From assembly GCF_006345805.1 (NCBI RefSeq), contig NC_043026.1, positions 11,098,001-11,162,000 on the forward strand: a DNA stretch of 64,000 bases. Reading direction: 5' to 3'. Positions 22,990-36,321 of the stretch are shown piece after piece. The first letter of the stretch is position 1. Each line of letters begins with the position of its first letter. Source of the DNA: Octopus sinensis (lineage: Eukaryota). The notes beneath the pieces were generated by a model that saw nothing but the letters and a program-made list of their open reading frames with translations, was not told the origin of the DNA and did not search any database. Made by a program: the position numbers and the translations under genes.

Positions 22990-23540
22990 TGAGTAGACAC
23001 GTGTAAAATACACACACACACAAATACAAACACATACATACATACATGCACACACACACGCGCAAACAAACACACATATATATATACACACACACACACA
23101 CAAATACACATACATACATACATGCACACGCGCGCAAACAAACACACACACACACAAATACAAACACACATACATACATACACACACACACGCGCGCAAA
23201 CAAACACACACACAAATACAAACACACATACACACATACATACATACACACGCGCGCAAACAAACACACACAAACACACATATATATACACACACACACA
23301 CAAATACAAACACACACATACATACACACACAAATACAAACACACACATACATACACACACGCGCGCAAACAAACACACATATATATATACACACACACA
23401 CAAATACAAACACATACATACATACACACACACACACACGCGCAAACACACACACACACATACATACACAAACATACACGCACAAACACACACCACAAAC
23501 ACACCCTCCCACAACACACGCACACCCACAAACACACACT
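22990..23540. repeat. Complex (CA/TA) microsatellite
   Basis: Low-complexity acac/atac/gcgc units; the source of several spurious ORFs. Confidence 0.95.
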
Positions 23541-23583
23541 AGTTTCTTTCTTCACGCGCCCACGCGACCTGGAGGTAACTTAC

Positions 23584-23660
23584 CATTTTGGAATGACGAT
23601 CTTTGACTGTAAATCCAAACTCTGGATCCACATGAGCACCTCTCGAGGAAACTCGGGCAT
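23584..23660 (-). CDS. SPATA4: SPATA4-like exon 1
   Basis: ATG at 23660; MPEFPREVLMWIQSLDLQSKIVIPK(W); gtaagt donor; the phase joins exon 2. Confidence 0.9.
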
Positions 23661-23698
23661 TATTACGGCAGGATTTCTGTTTCTCTAAACAGTCAACT

Positions 23699-23740
23699 GT
23701 TACCATGGTAACCTCGAATATTTACGAAGCAACCGGAAGT
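23699..23740. promoter_or_regulatory. RFX X-box and ETS site upstream of SPATA4
   Basis: Perfect palindrome GTTACCATGGTAAC at 23699-23712; CCGGAAGT at 23733-23740. Confidence 0.75.
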
Positions 23741-24062
23741 TCTCCAGTCATAAACATCCGCTCCCTTCTCAGCGCAGATCTTCCTTAACAGTTTCGTTTA
23801 TAAAATCTAAATCCTTACTCTAAATATTCAAACGCTTTGTAATAGTGGGTTAGGGTTAAGGTTAATAGTTTGTTAATATAACAAACAAGACATAACGTGT
23901 GTAAAAATCAGGCGAACATGAGAAACGCAAACAAAACAGCAAAAGAATTTTTTCAAGGGAAACAAAAACAAAGCAGAACCCAGTCAGTCAGTAGAGGCAT
24001 CTATCAGTTAAGTGAGGAAATACAGCTTCTAAAGGGGAACAACTTAACTCACACTTAAAAAT

Positions 24063-26515
24063 ATCATCATCATCATTGTTCGACCGTGGTCGAGACAATG
24101 CAATTTACCATGCTACGCCAGACTTCACGGTCCATCATAGCATTACGGAGGTCCTGTTGCTTGATGCCTGTATCCCTGGAGATTACATCAGGGTAGGAGA
24201 GTGTGCGACCTCTGGTATTGCGAGTAGATGGCTTCCAGAGGAGAAGAGTAGAAATTACCTCGTTTTCAGCTCTACAACAATGTCTAGTAAACTGGACTCT
24301 CCTACCTTTCACAAGAGATGATATGTATGTATGTATATATATATATCATCATCATCATTGTTTGACCGTGGTCGAGACGATAGAATTTACTATGTTACAC
24401 CAGACTTCACGGTCCATCATAGCATTACGGAGGTCCTGTTGCTTGATGCCTGTATCCCTGGAGATTACATCAGGGTAGGAGAGTGTGTGCCCTCTGGTAT
24501 TGCGAGTAGATGGCTTCCAGAGGAGAAGAGGAGAAATTACTTCTTTTTCAGCTCTACAACAATGTCCAGCAAACTGGACTCTCCTACCTTTCACAAGAGA
24601 TGACACATAATAATAATAATAATAATAATAACAATCATCATCATTGTTCGACCGTGGTCGAGACAATGGAATTTACTATGCTACGCCAGACTTCACGGTC
24701 CATCATGGCATTACGGAGGTCCTGTTGCTGGATGCCTGTATCCCTGGAGATTACATCAGGGTAGGAGAGTGTGCGCCCTCTGGTATTGCGAGTAGATGGC
24801 TTCCAGAGGAGAAGAGTAGAAATGACTTCTTTTTCAGCTCTACAACAATGTCCAGCAAACTGGACTCTTCTACCTTTCACAAGAGATGATATGTATGTAT
24901 GTATATATAATATATATATATATCATCACCATCATTGTTCGACCGTGTCGAGACAATGGAATTTACTATGTTACGCCAGACTTCACGGTCCATCATAGCA
25001 TTACGGAGGTCCTGTTGCTGGATGTCTGTATCCCTGGAGATTACATCAGGTAGGAGAGTGTGTGCCCTCTGGTATTGCGAGTAGATGGCTTCCAGAGGAG
25101 AAGAGTAGAAATACTTCTTTTTCATCTACAACAATGTCCAGCAAAGGACTCTTCTACCTTTCACAAGAGATGATATGTATGTATGTATATATAATATATA
25201 TCATCACCATCATTGTTCGACCGTGTCGAGACAATGGAATTTACTATGTTACGCCAGACTTCACGGTCCATCATAGCATTACGGAGGTCCTGTTGCTGGA
25301 TGCCTGTATCCCTGGAGATTACATCAGGGTAGGAGAGTGTGCGCCCTCTGGTACTGCGGGTAGATGGCTTCCAGAGGAGAAGAGTAGAAATTACCTCTTT
25401 TTCAGCTCTACAACAATGTCCAGCAAACTGGACTCTCTACCTTTCACAAGAGATGATATGTATGTATGTATATATATATATATATATATATATCATCACC
25501 ATCATTGTTCGACCGTGTCGAGACAATGAATTTACTATGTTACGCCAGACTTCACGGTCCATCATAGCATTACGGAGGTCCTGTTGCTGGATGCCTGTAT
25601 CCCTGGAGATTACATCAGGGTAGGAGAGTGTGCGCCCTCTGGTACTGCGGTAGATGGCTTCCAGAGGAGAAGAGTAGAAATTACCTCTTTTTCAGCTCTA
25701 CAACAATGTCCAGCAAACTGGACTCTTCTACCTTTCACAAGAGATGATATGTATGTATGTATATATATATATATATATATCATCACCATCATTGTTCGAC
25801 CGTGTCGAGACAATGGAATTTACTATGTTACGCCAGACTTCACGGTCCATCATAGCATTACGGAGGTCCTGTTGCTGGATGTCTGTATCCCTGGAGATTA
25901 CATCAGGGTAGGAGAGTGTGTGCCCTCTGGTATTGCGAGTAGATGGCTTCCAGAGGAGAAGAGTAGAAATTACTTCTTTTTCAGCTCTACAACAATGTCC
26001 AGCAAACTGGACTCTTCTACCTTTCACAAGAGATGATATGTATGTATGTATATATATATATATATATATATCATCACCATCATTGTTCGACCGTGTCGAG
26101 ACAATGGAATTTACTATGTTACGCCAGACTTCACGGTCCATCATAGCATTACGGAGGTCCTGTTGCTGGATGCCTGTATCCCTGGAGATTACATCAGGGT
26201 AGGAGAGTGTGCGCCCTCTGGTACTGCGGGTAGATGGCTTCCAGAGGAGAAGAGTAGAAATTACCTCTTTTTCAGCTCTACAACAATGTCCAGCAAACTG
26301 GACTCTTCTACCTTTCACAAGAGATGACACAGGTGGTAGTTTCCCATATATTTGCATTTTGGTTGGATGACGCTTCCACGAGAGATTTTGAGCTCTCATA
26401 AGGAGGCGAGTGTAGGTTCCATCCAACCGCCTCTCAAGCTTCTTTGATAACATCCAGGTTTCTGAGCCATATAGTAGAATTGGTTCGACTGTGGCTTAAA
26501 AATATAGATGTATTC
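24063..26515 (-). mobile_element. RTE LINE 3' fragment with eight tandem copies of its terminal 260 bp
   Basis: The LINE body (EPILLYGSETWMLSKKLERRLDGT...) adjoins the last unit; units end in (ATG)n and are joined by TA/TAA microsatellites. Confidence 0.9.
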
Positions 26516-26708
26516 CATGCTACAACATATTTTCTACCTACTCCTGGAGGTATATATATATACATGTATACAATTGGGACATTTCTAAACAGTTTATTTA
26601 AAATATATATACATACCAATGTAAAAAATAAAATCCATTTCTTCTCATAACATAGTTATTGCTATTATATCCTCCATCATATGTTTACTATTATTTATAT
26701 ATATATAT

Positions 26709-27062
26709 AGGCGTAGGAGTGGCTGTGTGGTAAGTAGCTTGCTTACCAACCACATGGTTCCGGTTCGGTCCCACTGCGTGGCACTTTGGGCAAGTGTCTT
26801 CTACTATAGCTTCAGGCCGACCAAAGCCTTGTGAGTGGATTTGGTAGACGGAAACTGAAAGAAGCCCATCGTATATATGTATGCATGTGTGTGTTTGTCC
26901 CATCCAACATCGCTTGACAACCGATGCTGGTGTGTCTATGTCCCCGTAACTTAGCGGTTCGGCAAAAGAGACCGATAGAATAAGTACTGGGCTTACAAAG
27001 AATAAGTCCTGGGGTCGATTTGCTCGACTAAAGGCGGTGCTCCAGCATGGCCGCAGTCAAAT
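26709..27062 (+). mobile_element. SINE family A
   Basis: Homology to the other family A copies. Confidence 0.85.
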
Positions 27063-27169
27063 GCATTGGACTTTATCAAATGTATGAAATACAACTGCAG
27101 GATTTGATTTAATTACTGAAAGAAAAGGCTGGCATATTGTTAGACAATGCAGTTGCATGTAGAAATATA

Positions 27170-27583
27170 CTCTTTACTCTTTTATTAGTTTCAGTCATTT
27201 GACGGCAGCCATGCTGGAGCACCGCCTTTAATCGAGCAACTCGACCCCGGGACTTATTCTTTTGTAAGCCCAGTACTTATTCTTTCGGTCTCTTTTGCCG
27301 AACCGCTAAGTGACGGGGACGTAAACACACCAGCATCGGTTGTCAAGCAATGCTAGGGGGACAAACACACACATGCATATATATATATATATTATATATA
27401 TATATATATATATACATACATACGACAGGCTTCTTTCAGTTTCCGTCTACCAAATTCACTCACAAGACTTTGGTCGGCCCGAGGCTATAGTAGATGACAC
27501 TTGCCCAAGGTGCCATGCAGTGGGACTGAACCCGGAACCATGTGGTTGGTAAACAAGCTACTTACCACACAGCCACTCCTGCG
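27170..27583 (-). mobile_element. SINE family A
   Basis: Homology to the other family A copies. Confidence 0.85.
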
Positions 27584-28343
27584 CTTATATCAAAACAATA
27601 TCTCCATTTCTTCTGAGAGCATAGTTTCAGTCTACAGCGCTTTAGGTTATAGATCCAGCTTGTTTCCACAGTGCCACTCGACTCAAGTGATTAAACAAAT
27701 AATTTTTATTGTGTGTTCTGGGTTACATTACTGCTACTGCATCGTCCATCATATATTACTTATTGTCATTATTTTTATATTTCTATGCAATAAGCTGTTT
27801 CAAATGTAATTACACAATATATGCTGCAGAATTGAAATGTTAATTTAGTAAACTGAAAGAAAACATTTCACTCTGTTGATACTCCAAGCTTCACATTTGA
27901 CAAACCACAAGCATAGATCTATGTGTCACAAATTTTTCTGGGTGTCTCTTTATTTGCCATTTTCAGATCAGCCAGAAGCAAATCAATTCCAGAAATGTTT
28001 ACCTAGCACAGCATAGCAAGCAAGCTTACTAGTAAATGTACTATCATATTTATGCAAGCACTAATGTAATGCTTGAACTTTAGAACTTGTAGATGCTTAG
28101 TAATTAATCAGGTATGGATTACATTACAGCAATGAGAAGACAGTCTCATCACTGAGATATACCTTTATAAATGAGTAATGGATAGAGTTGATAGGTTACC
28201 AATTTGGCAAATAAGTTCTCATGTGTGATATGAATTAATTAGTTGGTACTGTTATGTGATAAAGAAGTGGATGTTACAGATAGATATTGATACAAATACT
28301 CTTCAGAATGTATACATACATGTGTATGTGTATATATACCAAG

Positions 28344-29065
<722 letters not shown>

Positions 29066-29980
29066 TCACATCTCACCTGTATGAGAAACTTTATGTCTTG
29101 TTAATTGAACTACTTGAGAGAATGATTTACCACAGATTTCACAATGATGTGGTTTTTCTCCTGTATGAATGTGTTTGTGTGTGGTTAGGGTACTTCTTTG
29201 AGAGAATGATTTACCACAGATATCACAGTGATATGGTTTTTCTCTTGTATGAATGAGTGTGTGTGTAGTTAATTGATACTTTTGAGCAAATGATCTCCCA
29301 CAGATATCACAGTCATATGGTTTCTCACCTGTGTGAATGCGTTTGTGTGCAAATAAGTGACCAATCTGAGAGTATGATTTACCACAGATATCACAGTGAT
29401 ACGGTTTCTCTCCTGTATGAATGCGTTTGTGTGTAGCTAAGCTGCCTCTTTCAGAGAATGATTTACCACATATAATACAGTGATGTGGTTTCTCTCCCGT
29501 ATGAATGCGCCTGTGTGTAGTTAATGTACTGTTTTGAGTGAATGATTTACCACAGATATCACAGTCATATGGTTTCTCTCCTGTATGAACACGTTTGTGT
29601 GCAATTAAGCTGGCATTTTGAGAGTATGATTTGCTGCAGATATCGCAGGGATATGATTTCCCTCCAGTATGAATGAATTTGTGTCTGGTTAGGTCAGTTC
29701 CTGCGGAGAATGATTTACCACAGATATCACAATGATATGGTTTCTCTCCCGTATGACTGCACTTGTGTGCAGCCAAGCTGCCTCTTTGCGTGAATGATTT
29801 ACCACATATAATACAGTGATGTGGCTTCTCTCCTGTATGAATACGTTTGTGAACTGTGAGGTTACCTTTTCGAGAGAAGGACTTTCCACAGATATCACAC
29901 TGGTGTGATGTATTTTCTGTATCTTTGGACATCTCACCAGTCAAATCACTCATTCCTGATGGTGTTTTTTTCATTAACAT
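29066..29980 (-). CDS. C2H2 zinc-finger protein (gene 1), 10 fingers
   Basis: CxxC..HxxxH units with TGEKP linkers. The track start at 29989 is GTG; the first ATG is 29980 and the ATG homologous to gene 3 is 29953. Confidence 0.9.
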   Translation of the reverse strand: MLMKKTPSGMSDLTGEMSKDTENTSHQCDICGKSFSRKGNLTVHKRIHTGEKPHHCIICGKSFTQRGSLAAHKCSHTGEKPYHCDICGKSFSAGTDLTRHKFIHTGGKSYPCDICSKSYSQNASLIAHKRVHTGEKPYDCDICGKSFTQNSTLTTHRRIHTGEKPHHCIICGKSFSERGSLATHKRIHTGEKPYHCDICGKSYSQIGHLFAHKRIHTGEKPYDCDICGRSFAQKYQLTTHTLIHTREKPYHCDICGKSFSQRSTLTTHKHIHTGEKPHHCEICGKSFSQVVQLTRHKVSHTGEM

Positions 29981-30715
29981 TGACCTCACACAATATATTT
30001 TCTATAACATTCCTTCTCTCACCACAGTCTCTTTCCCTTTATCTTCAACTTGTTTCAATTACTAGTGTGTGGCCATGCTGGGGCACTGCTTTGTAAGGTT
30101 TTAATCAAAATTATTGGCTTCATTACTCATTTTTTTTTCAAGTTTGTTTATTCAGTCTGTTGATCTCTTTTGCCAGACATAAAGAATCTCAAACATAAAT
30201 ATCTATATGATGGACTTCCACACAGTTTCCTTCTGTAAAACTTCATCAGAAGTCATTGTGAACCTGGGGCTATTGTAGAAGAGACTTGGACAAGGAGCAG
30301 CACAGTGGCACTGAACCCCCAAACCACATGCTTGCAATGTGAGCTCCTTAAGCACACACCTATCACTGCATTGAGTGTTGTTCTTCCTTTTGAATTTATT
30401 CTTCATTCTGTACAAAGCCTTTCTTTGGCCATAGTTCCACCAGCTTTGACCGGAAGCTAATACTAGGAAGTATTTCTTGTGCCATGAAAGTCTGATTAGA
30501 ATGTAAGATTATCTTGTACACATTCTTGACATTTCTATTAAAGGATTAACAATATTTCACAGTTATTCTTCCAAACAGGATTGTGTAAATTCCAATGTCT
30601 TATGGTAATCTGAAATGAGAGAGAAACAATATAAACCTTACTTTTTAACTGTACATTGTTGTATGTTGTTGTACAGATACATATAATCCCAGGATCAAAA
30701 TATCAACAGATTCTT

Positions 30716-31820
30716 AACCCTTTCAATACCAACCCAGCTGAAACCACCTCTGGCTCTGTAGTACAAATGTCTTGTTTTCATAAGTTTTGAATTAAAATCT
30801 TCCACCAAACCTTAGTCACAATTTATGTTCCTAACACTAGCTGAATGATAACTAAGTTATTTTACTAAATTCTTTGTTATATTTAAAGTAATTGAAAGAA
30901 ACTCAGAGCATCCCAACAGAAATATAGTTACAAGAGGGTTAAAATATATAATAGAGAAACAATTCTTAACCCTTTCGATACCAACCTGGTTGAAACCACC
31001 TCTGGCTCTGTAGTACAGATGTCCTGTTTTCATAAGTTCTGAATTAAAATCTTCCACCAAACCTTAGTCACAATTTATGTTCCTAACACTAGCTGAATGA
31101 TAACTAAGTTATTTTACTAAATTCTTTGTTATATTTAAAGTAATTGAAAGAAACACAGAGCATCTCAACAGAAATATGGTAACAAAAGGGTTAAAATATA
31201 TAATAGAGAAACAATTCTTAACCCTTTTGATACTAACCCGCCTGAAACCACCTCTGGCTCTATAGTACAAATGTCTTGTTTTCATAAGTTTTGAATTAAA
31301 ATCTTCCACCAAACCTTAGTCACAATTTATGTTCCTAACATTAGCTTAATGATAACTGAGTTATTTTACTAAATTCTTTGTTATATTTAAAGTAATTGAA
31401 AGAAACACAGAGCATCTCAACAAAAATATTGTAACAAAAGGGTTAAGAAGAAAAATAATCAGCAGAAGACATGAGAGAAGGAGACCTCAATGTGGTCACT
31501 CTGTATGCTAGAAATAATAGCCTAAATTTCTTTCAATCCTCTCCCTTCCAACTGCTTCTAATGTCCATCTGCCCAAATGTAGAGATGTTTTTAACCCTTT
31601 CAATACCAACCCGGCTGAAACTGGCCCTGGCTCTGTAGTACAAATGTCATGATGGCATAAGTTTTGAATTAAAATTTTCCACCAAACCTTAGTCACAATT
31701 TATGTTCCTAACACTAGCTGAATGATAACGAAGTTATTTTACTAAATTCTTTGTTATATTTAAAATTAATTGAAAGAAACACAGAGCATCTCAACAGAAG
31801 TATGGTAACAAGAGGGTTAA
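30716..31820 (-). mobile_element. piggyBac-type MITE array (three tandem copies plus one)
   Basis: Same MITE and same spacer as 2198-2870, in the opposite orientation. Confidence 0.8.
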
Positions 31821-32054
31821 ACTGAAATATAATTATACAGCACATGAAACTTTTTAGTGTTTTACCTTTCACTTCTCTCAGACATTAGACTGTGGCCATG
31901 CAGGGGCACTGCCTGAAAGGGTGCAGTGAAACTTTTCAACCTCAACCCTAACTTTTTCAGCCAGGTACATATTCTATTGGCCTGTTTTATTCCGTAATTG
32001 TTAGGTTATGGGAATATCAATAAAGGAACGGCAGATGTTAAGCCAAAATGGTGC

Positions 32055-32360
32055 TCATATACATACATACATACATACAAAAATACATACGTACATACAA
32101 ACTTGCGTACTTACGTACGTACATACATACATACACATATACATACATACATACACATATACATACATACATACAAACATACATACATACATGCATACAA
32201 ACATGCGTACGTACGTACATACATGCATACTTACATACATACAAACATACACACATACATACATACATCCATGCATACATACATACATACATACATACAT
32301 ACACACATACATACACACATACATGCATACATACATACATACAAACAAACAAACAAGCAC
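32055..32360. repeat. (TACA)n microsatellite
   Basis: Read directly from the sequence. Confidence 0.95.
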
Positions 32361-32543
32361 AGAGGCAGAGTGACATACTTGCACAGAACACAACAGGAGA
32401 TGCATACATCTACCGTATACGCACAAACTAATTCAACCACATATTTGCAAACCACAGGAACTTAGATCAGAGAATTACTCCCCACTCCATTTGTGACCAG
32501 CTTGAACTTCATTTAGAAGAACCTTATACATTCCTATTAATTA

Positions 32544-33061
32544 CCGTAAATCCTCGAGTATAGTCCGCCCTTGCGTATAATACACAGAGGATTTTTAGGG
32601 AACTGTATCTATGAAAAACTTAAACCTTGTGTATAATACGCACCCCCTTCTCTAACTTGAGTCAAGGAGGTCTATATAACGTCCTTGGTTTGTAAAACTA
32701 TACAGTAACGTCCTTTATTATTATTGTATATATAATATAATGCAAACGTGTAGCATTTTTGTGCATTTTGTTTGCAGAAAATAAAGAAAAAACAGTAATA
32801 ACGTTTAATAAATGTTGCTTGCTGCAAGTTATGGATGATTCTTTTATGACTTCATTGCTTTCAGGCTTAGCTTAAGGTATTTTCGCGCCCGACATCACAA
32901 AATGCGTCTGAATAAACTTAGCCAGACAGCAAATAGAGATTTTGGACATTGCTTAGAAAATATCTTTCATTTTTAACTTCGTATATAGTACACACTAGGG
33001 ATTTTGACCTTTAAATTTTTGGGGAGGAAAAAATGTGTGGATTATATTCGAGGACTTACGG
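32544..33061. mobile_element. pogo/Tigger-type MITE
   Basis: TIRs ccgtaaatcctcgagtata / tattcgaggacttacgg with TA target duplication. Confidence 0.75.
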
Positions 33062-33192
33062 TAACACAAGAGACTCTACTATAACCACATTCGATAGTCT
33101 ACAGCGATAAATACAATAATCTAAATATCTCCACTTTAGTCTAATTTTTACATGCATCATTGCAGCCTTAAAAGAAACCATTATCAACTTAC

Positions 33193-33430
33193 CTTTCTCA
33201 TTTATAAACACCGAGTCAGTGCCCCTCATTAAAATATCCACCTCTAAGAGACTCTACTATAACCACATTCGATAGTCTACAGCGATAAATACAATAATCT
33301 AAATATCTCCACATTTGTCTAATTTTTACAAGCATCATTGCAGCCTTAAAAGAAACCATTATCAACTTACCTCTCTCAGGTGTAAACACGGAGTCGGTTC
33401 CCCTCATTAAAATATCCACCTCTGTATACG
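33193..33430 (-). other. Putative non-coding first exon(s) of ZNF gene 1 (178-bp tandem duplication)
   Basis: GAG|GTAAGT donor at 33371 and duplicate AAG|GTAAGT donor at 33193; homologous to the donor at 51624 upstream of gene 3. Confidence 0.5.
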
Positions 33431-33682
33431 GCAGCGGACCTCTTACTCGGCTCCCAGAAATCCGACTGTGCTGGGCAATATACTGTAACCTGTCTTTAGT
33501 ACAGTCCCTGTTGTCCTGTTTTTAATTGGCTAATTTGTATAAGTGGAGTGATAAGGACACATGGAGTATATAGCTAAGTATATATAGCTAATCTGTCTCC
33601 AGAAAACCGTAAACTCAAGTAATTCGGGCCGTTTTTCAGTCCCAACCTTGTCGGGTATTGTACATTTCTATTTTTAAGTGCG

Positions 33683-33858
33683 TAGTCTACCGCTACGTCC
33701 TGGGTTCAAATTCCGCCGAGGTCGACTTAGCCTTTCATCCTCTCGGGGTCGATAAATTAAGTACCAGTTGCGCATTGGGGTCGATGTAATCGACTTAATA
33801 CATATGTCTGTCCTTGTTTGTCCTCTCTGTGTTTAGCCCCTTGTGGGTAGTAAAGAAA
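33683..33858 (+). mobile_element. 5'-truncated family B SINE with a 14-bp TSD
   Basis: tatttttaagtgcg on both sides. Confidence 0.8.
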
Positions 33859-34385
33859 TATATTTTTAAGTGCGAGTTAAGTTGTTCCCCTTTACAAGAT
33901 GTATTTCCTCATTTATCCGATAGATGCCTCTACTGACTGACTGGATTCTGCTTTGTTTTTGTTTCCGTGGAAAGAATTCTTTTGCTGTTTTGTTTGTGTC
34001 TCTCGTGTCCGCCTCATTTTACACACATGTTATGCCTCGATTATTATATATATAAAACAAGTGCCGATTGTACAGATACGATTGTTGTTGCAAGATGTGT
34101 TGAGATCCTCACTGCCTTCGTGCTTTTTCAACTTTTACCTGAGGTCATCTCACGACCTCACGACATAGATATGTAAGTATTAATAATAATCATAATTAAT
34201 TCGTTTATTGGCCACAAGGGCTGACAAAAATCAATTATTACATAAAGGGACAAAACATAGGACGAAAGGTTACAAAGGGTTTTGTCCGTTTGTAAAAAAA
34301 AACCCTGTAAAAACAGTGTAACAATCAAAACTTATAACAACGAAAAACTCCCAAAAAGGGGAGGCGTTAATATATTAAATATATA

Positions 34386-34794
34386 GGCAATCTTTCGTCT
34401 CTAGTAGACCTTTCCGTCGATTTCCGTAAATTTTTTTTTTTTTTTTACATATGGGCTTGCGGGAACTTTTGAAGTAATGAGAGCGAAAGAGACTAAGAGA
34501 AAGCGATTGTATGACGAGGGAAGTTCTTTTGAAGTTACCGTGCATGGGGAGCATTGATGTACATGTGTGTGTGTGTGTGTTTGATGGGGTGTGGGAGACA
34601 GACAGTATGTTGTGTAAGTGAAGTGCTTCTGTTAGTGTGTGTGAAGAGACAGAGTAATGTGTGAAAGAAAGAGATAACTGAAATTTTTTACTCGGTGTAT
34701 GTTTATATGTGTGTATATTACTTCAAAAGTTCCCGCAAGTCCATATGTAAAAAACAAAAAAATTTTTTACGGAAATCGACGACGAAAGATCGCC
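34386..34794. mobile_element. Long-TIR (Mutator-like) MITE
   Basis: Same family as 22407-22841, reversed; aatatata on both flanks. Confidence 0.75.
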
Positions 34795-34943
34795 AATATA
34801 TATTACGGAGATGTACTTGCATAGCAAGTGACTTGATCCGAGATCGTGTGCTGGAACGAAAACAATTGCAGCGTGGAAGGTGTTTATAAGCCATTTAAGA
34901 AACACACAAAAACCGTTCGATTCACTTCAACATTTGAGTTTAA

Positions 34944-34994
34944 TTTGTCAAAATACTTTCGTCGCTTTGAGACCGCGACCTGATCACTGACAAA
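34944..34994 (-). ncRNA. Minimal type I hammerhead motif with G3-C8 core variant (copy 1)
   Basis: UUUGUCA-GUGAUCA-G-GUCGC-ggucucaaa-GCGAC-GAA-AGUAUU-U-UGACAAA. Confidence 0.65.
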
Positions 34995-35109
34995 AATCCA
35001 TGCTGAATAAGGTTTATATATATATATATAATTGCAGCGTGGAAGGTGTTTATAAGCCATTTAAGAAACACACAAAAGCCGTTCGATTCACTTCAAAATT
35101 TAAGTTTAA

Positions 35110-35160
35110 TTTGTCAAAATACTTTCGTCGCTTTGAGACCGCGACCTGATCACTGACAAA
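35110..35160 (-). ncRNA. Minimal type I hammerhead motif with G3-C8 core variant (copy 2)
   Basis: Identical motif 166 bp away from copy 1. Confidence 0.65.
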
Positions 35161-36321
35161 AATCCGTGCTATTGTTTTACTCAGAAATGTTGCTCCGTAA
35201 ATTTGTTTTCTAAACGTCCAGGACTTCTGGTACAAAACGAAACCGGTTTAATTTATTAACGTTTTTTCTATGTCCAAAGCCTTCCCACAAGTTTACCCTA
35301 GAAGTCTATGCTTGTTTTCAGACTTAGTTTGCCCTTGTTTTTCCATGTTCTGAATAATTTATAACCTTGTTTTGGCGTAACTTCGGTATAAGTACCGGAT
35401 ACATTTCAAGAAAGTGTTTTTGTTTTTTTTTAGATATATGGGGGGGGAGGGTTTCTGTTATCTTCAGAAATGTAAACAAAGCCACTTACGGTACTTATAC
35501 CGAAGGATCACCCTTGTTTTTTTATAAGACGCAAGTTATTGTAGCGGTTGAACAAAACTGTGATTGTGTAATCATATATGGTGTTTGAACACAGATAAAA
35601 TATGTCCAGTGTATGATATGCGATACGCCGGACAGACAGAAGGTTAAGATTTGTCTTGTACAGTCTGACGAGGAATTTCCTTAGAGACATTGAATTCTGA
35701 TTTAAACTTCTCATTTAACCCCTCGTAGCTTTTTTTTTAGTTTAAAAATTTATTTTTAATTTTTGCGAATTTGTGTTCTACACCCGTATTGCTCCAAATA
35801 TCCATGGATTTTTTTTTTTTTTTTTTAACTTATCCAAGGTACCATGCAGTGGGACTGAACCCCAAACCATGTGATTGAGAAGCAAGCTTCTTACCACACA
35901 GCCATGCCTGCATCTATAAATATTGAAAAATCCTTTCAGATTGAAGGAGTTGAAGGCTGCCTATGGGACCAAACCCACATCTCCTGTAAGCATGGCAGGC
36001 ATTCTACAGGCAACCTTCAAGTTTCTTCTATCCAAAAGAGTTTTCCAGCCCAATATTTTATATACTGTTATTTATAGCTTTATGTGCTTCAAGATCCACT
36101 GTTCCCCCTCCCCCCCAAAAATGTCACATTACCTGCACCATATTCCAGCCAATATTTTATATACTGTTATTTATAGCTTTATGTGCTTCAAGATCCACTG
36201 CTCCCCCTCCCCCCCAAAAATGTCACATTATCTGCAAAGTTATGACATTGACATCATCTGTTTTATCTTTACATTTTCAGCATCTTCTGTTGTTTTTCTA
36301 TACTTTCAGAATATTGAAGAA

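Noticed and set aside
22942-23688. Long ORFs rich in VC/HT on both strands
   Set aside because: Translations of a CA/TA microsatellite. Only 23584-23660 is coding (SPATA4 exon 1).
24063-26330. Regular repeat-spacer pattern resembling CRISPR (also 59096-60665)
   Set aside because: The repeats are 260-bp LINE tails, the spacers are microsatellites, the context is eukaryotic and no cas genes are present.
31998-32465. ORFs of 120-155 aa rich in YIHT/MYVC
   Set aside because: (TACA)n microsatellite.
35185-35260. GUUUU/AAAAC-GAA-ACCGGU-U hammerhead-like 3' half; also CUGACGA at about 35663
   Set aside because: The first lacks the CUGANGA core and the second lacks GAAA; at best these are decayed relics.
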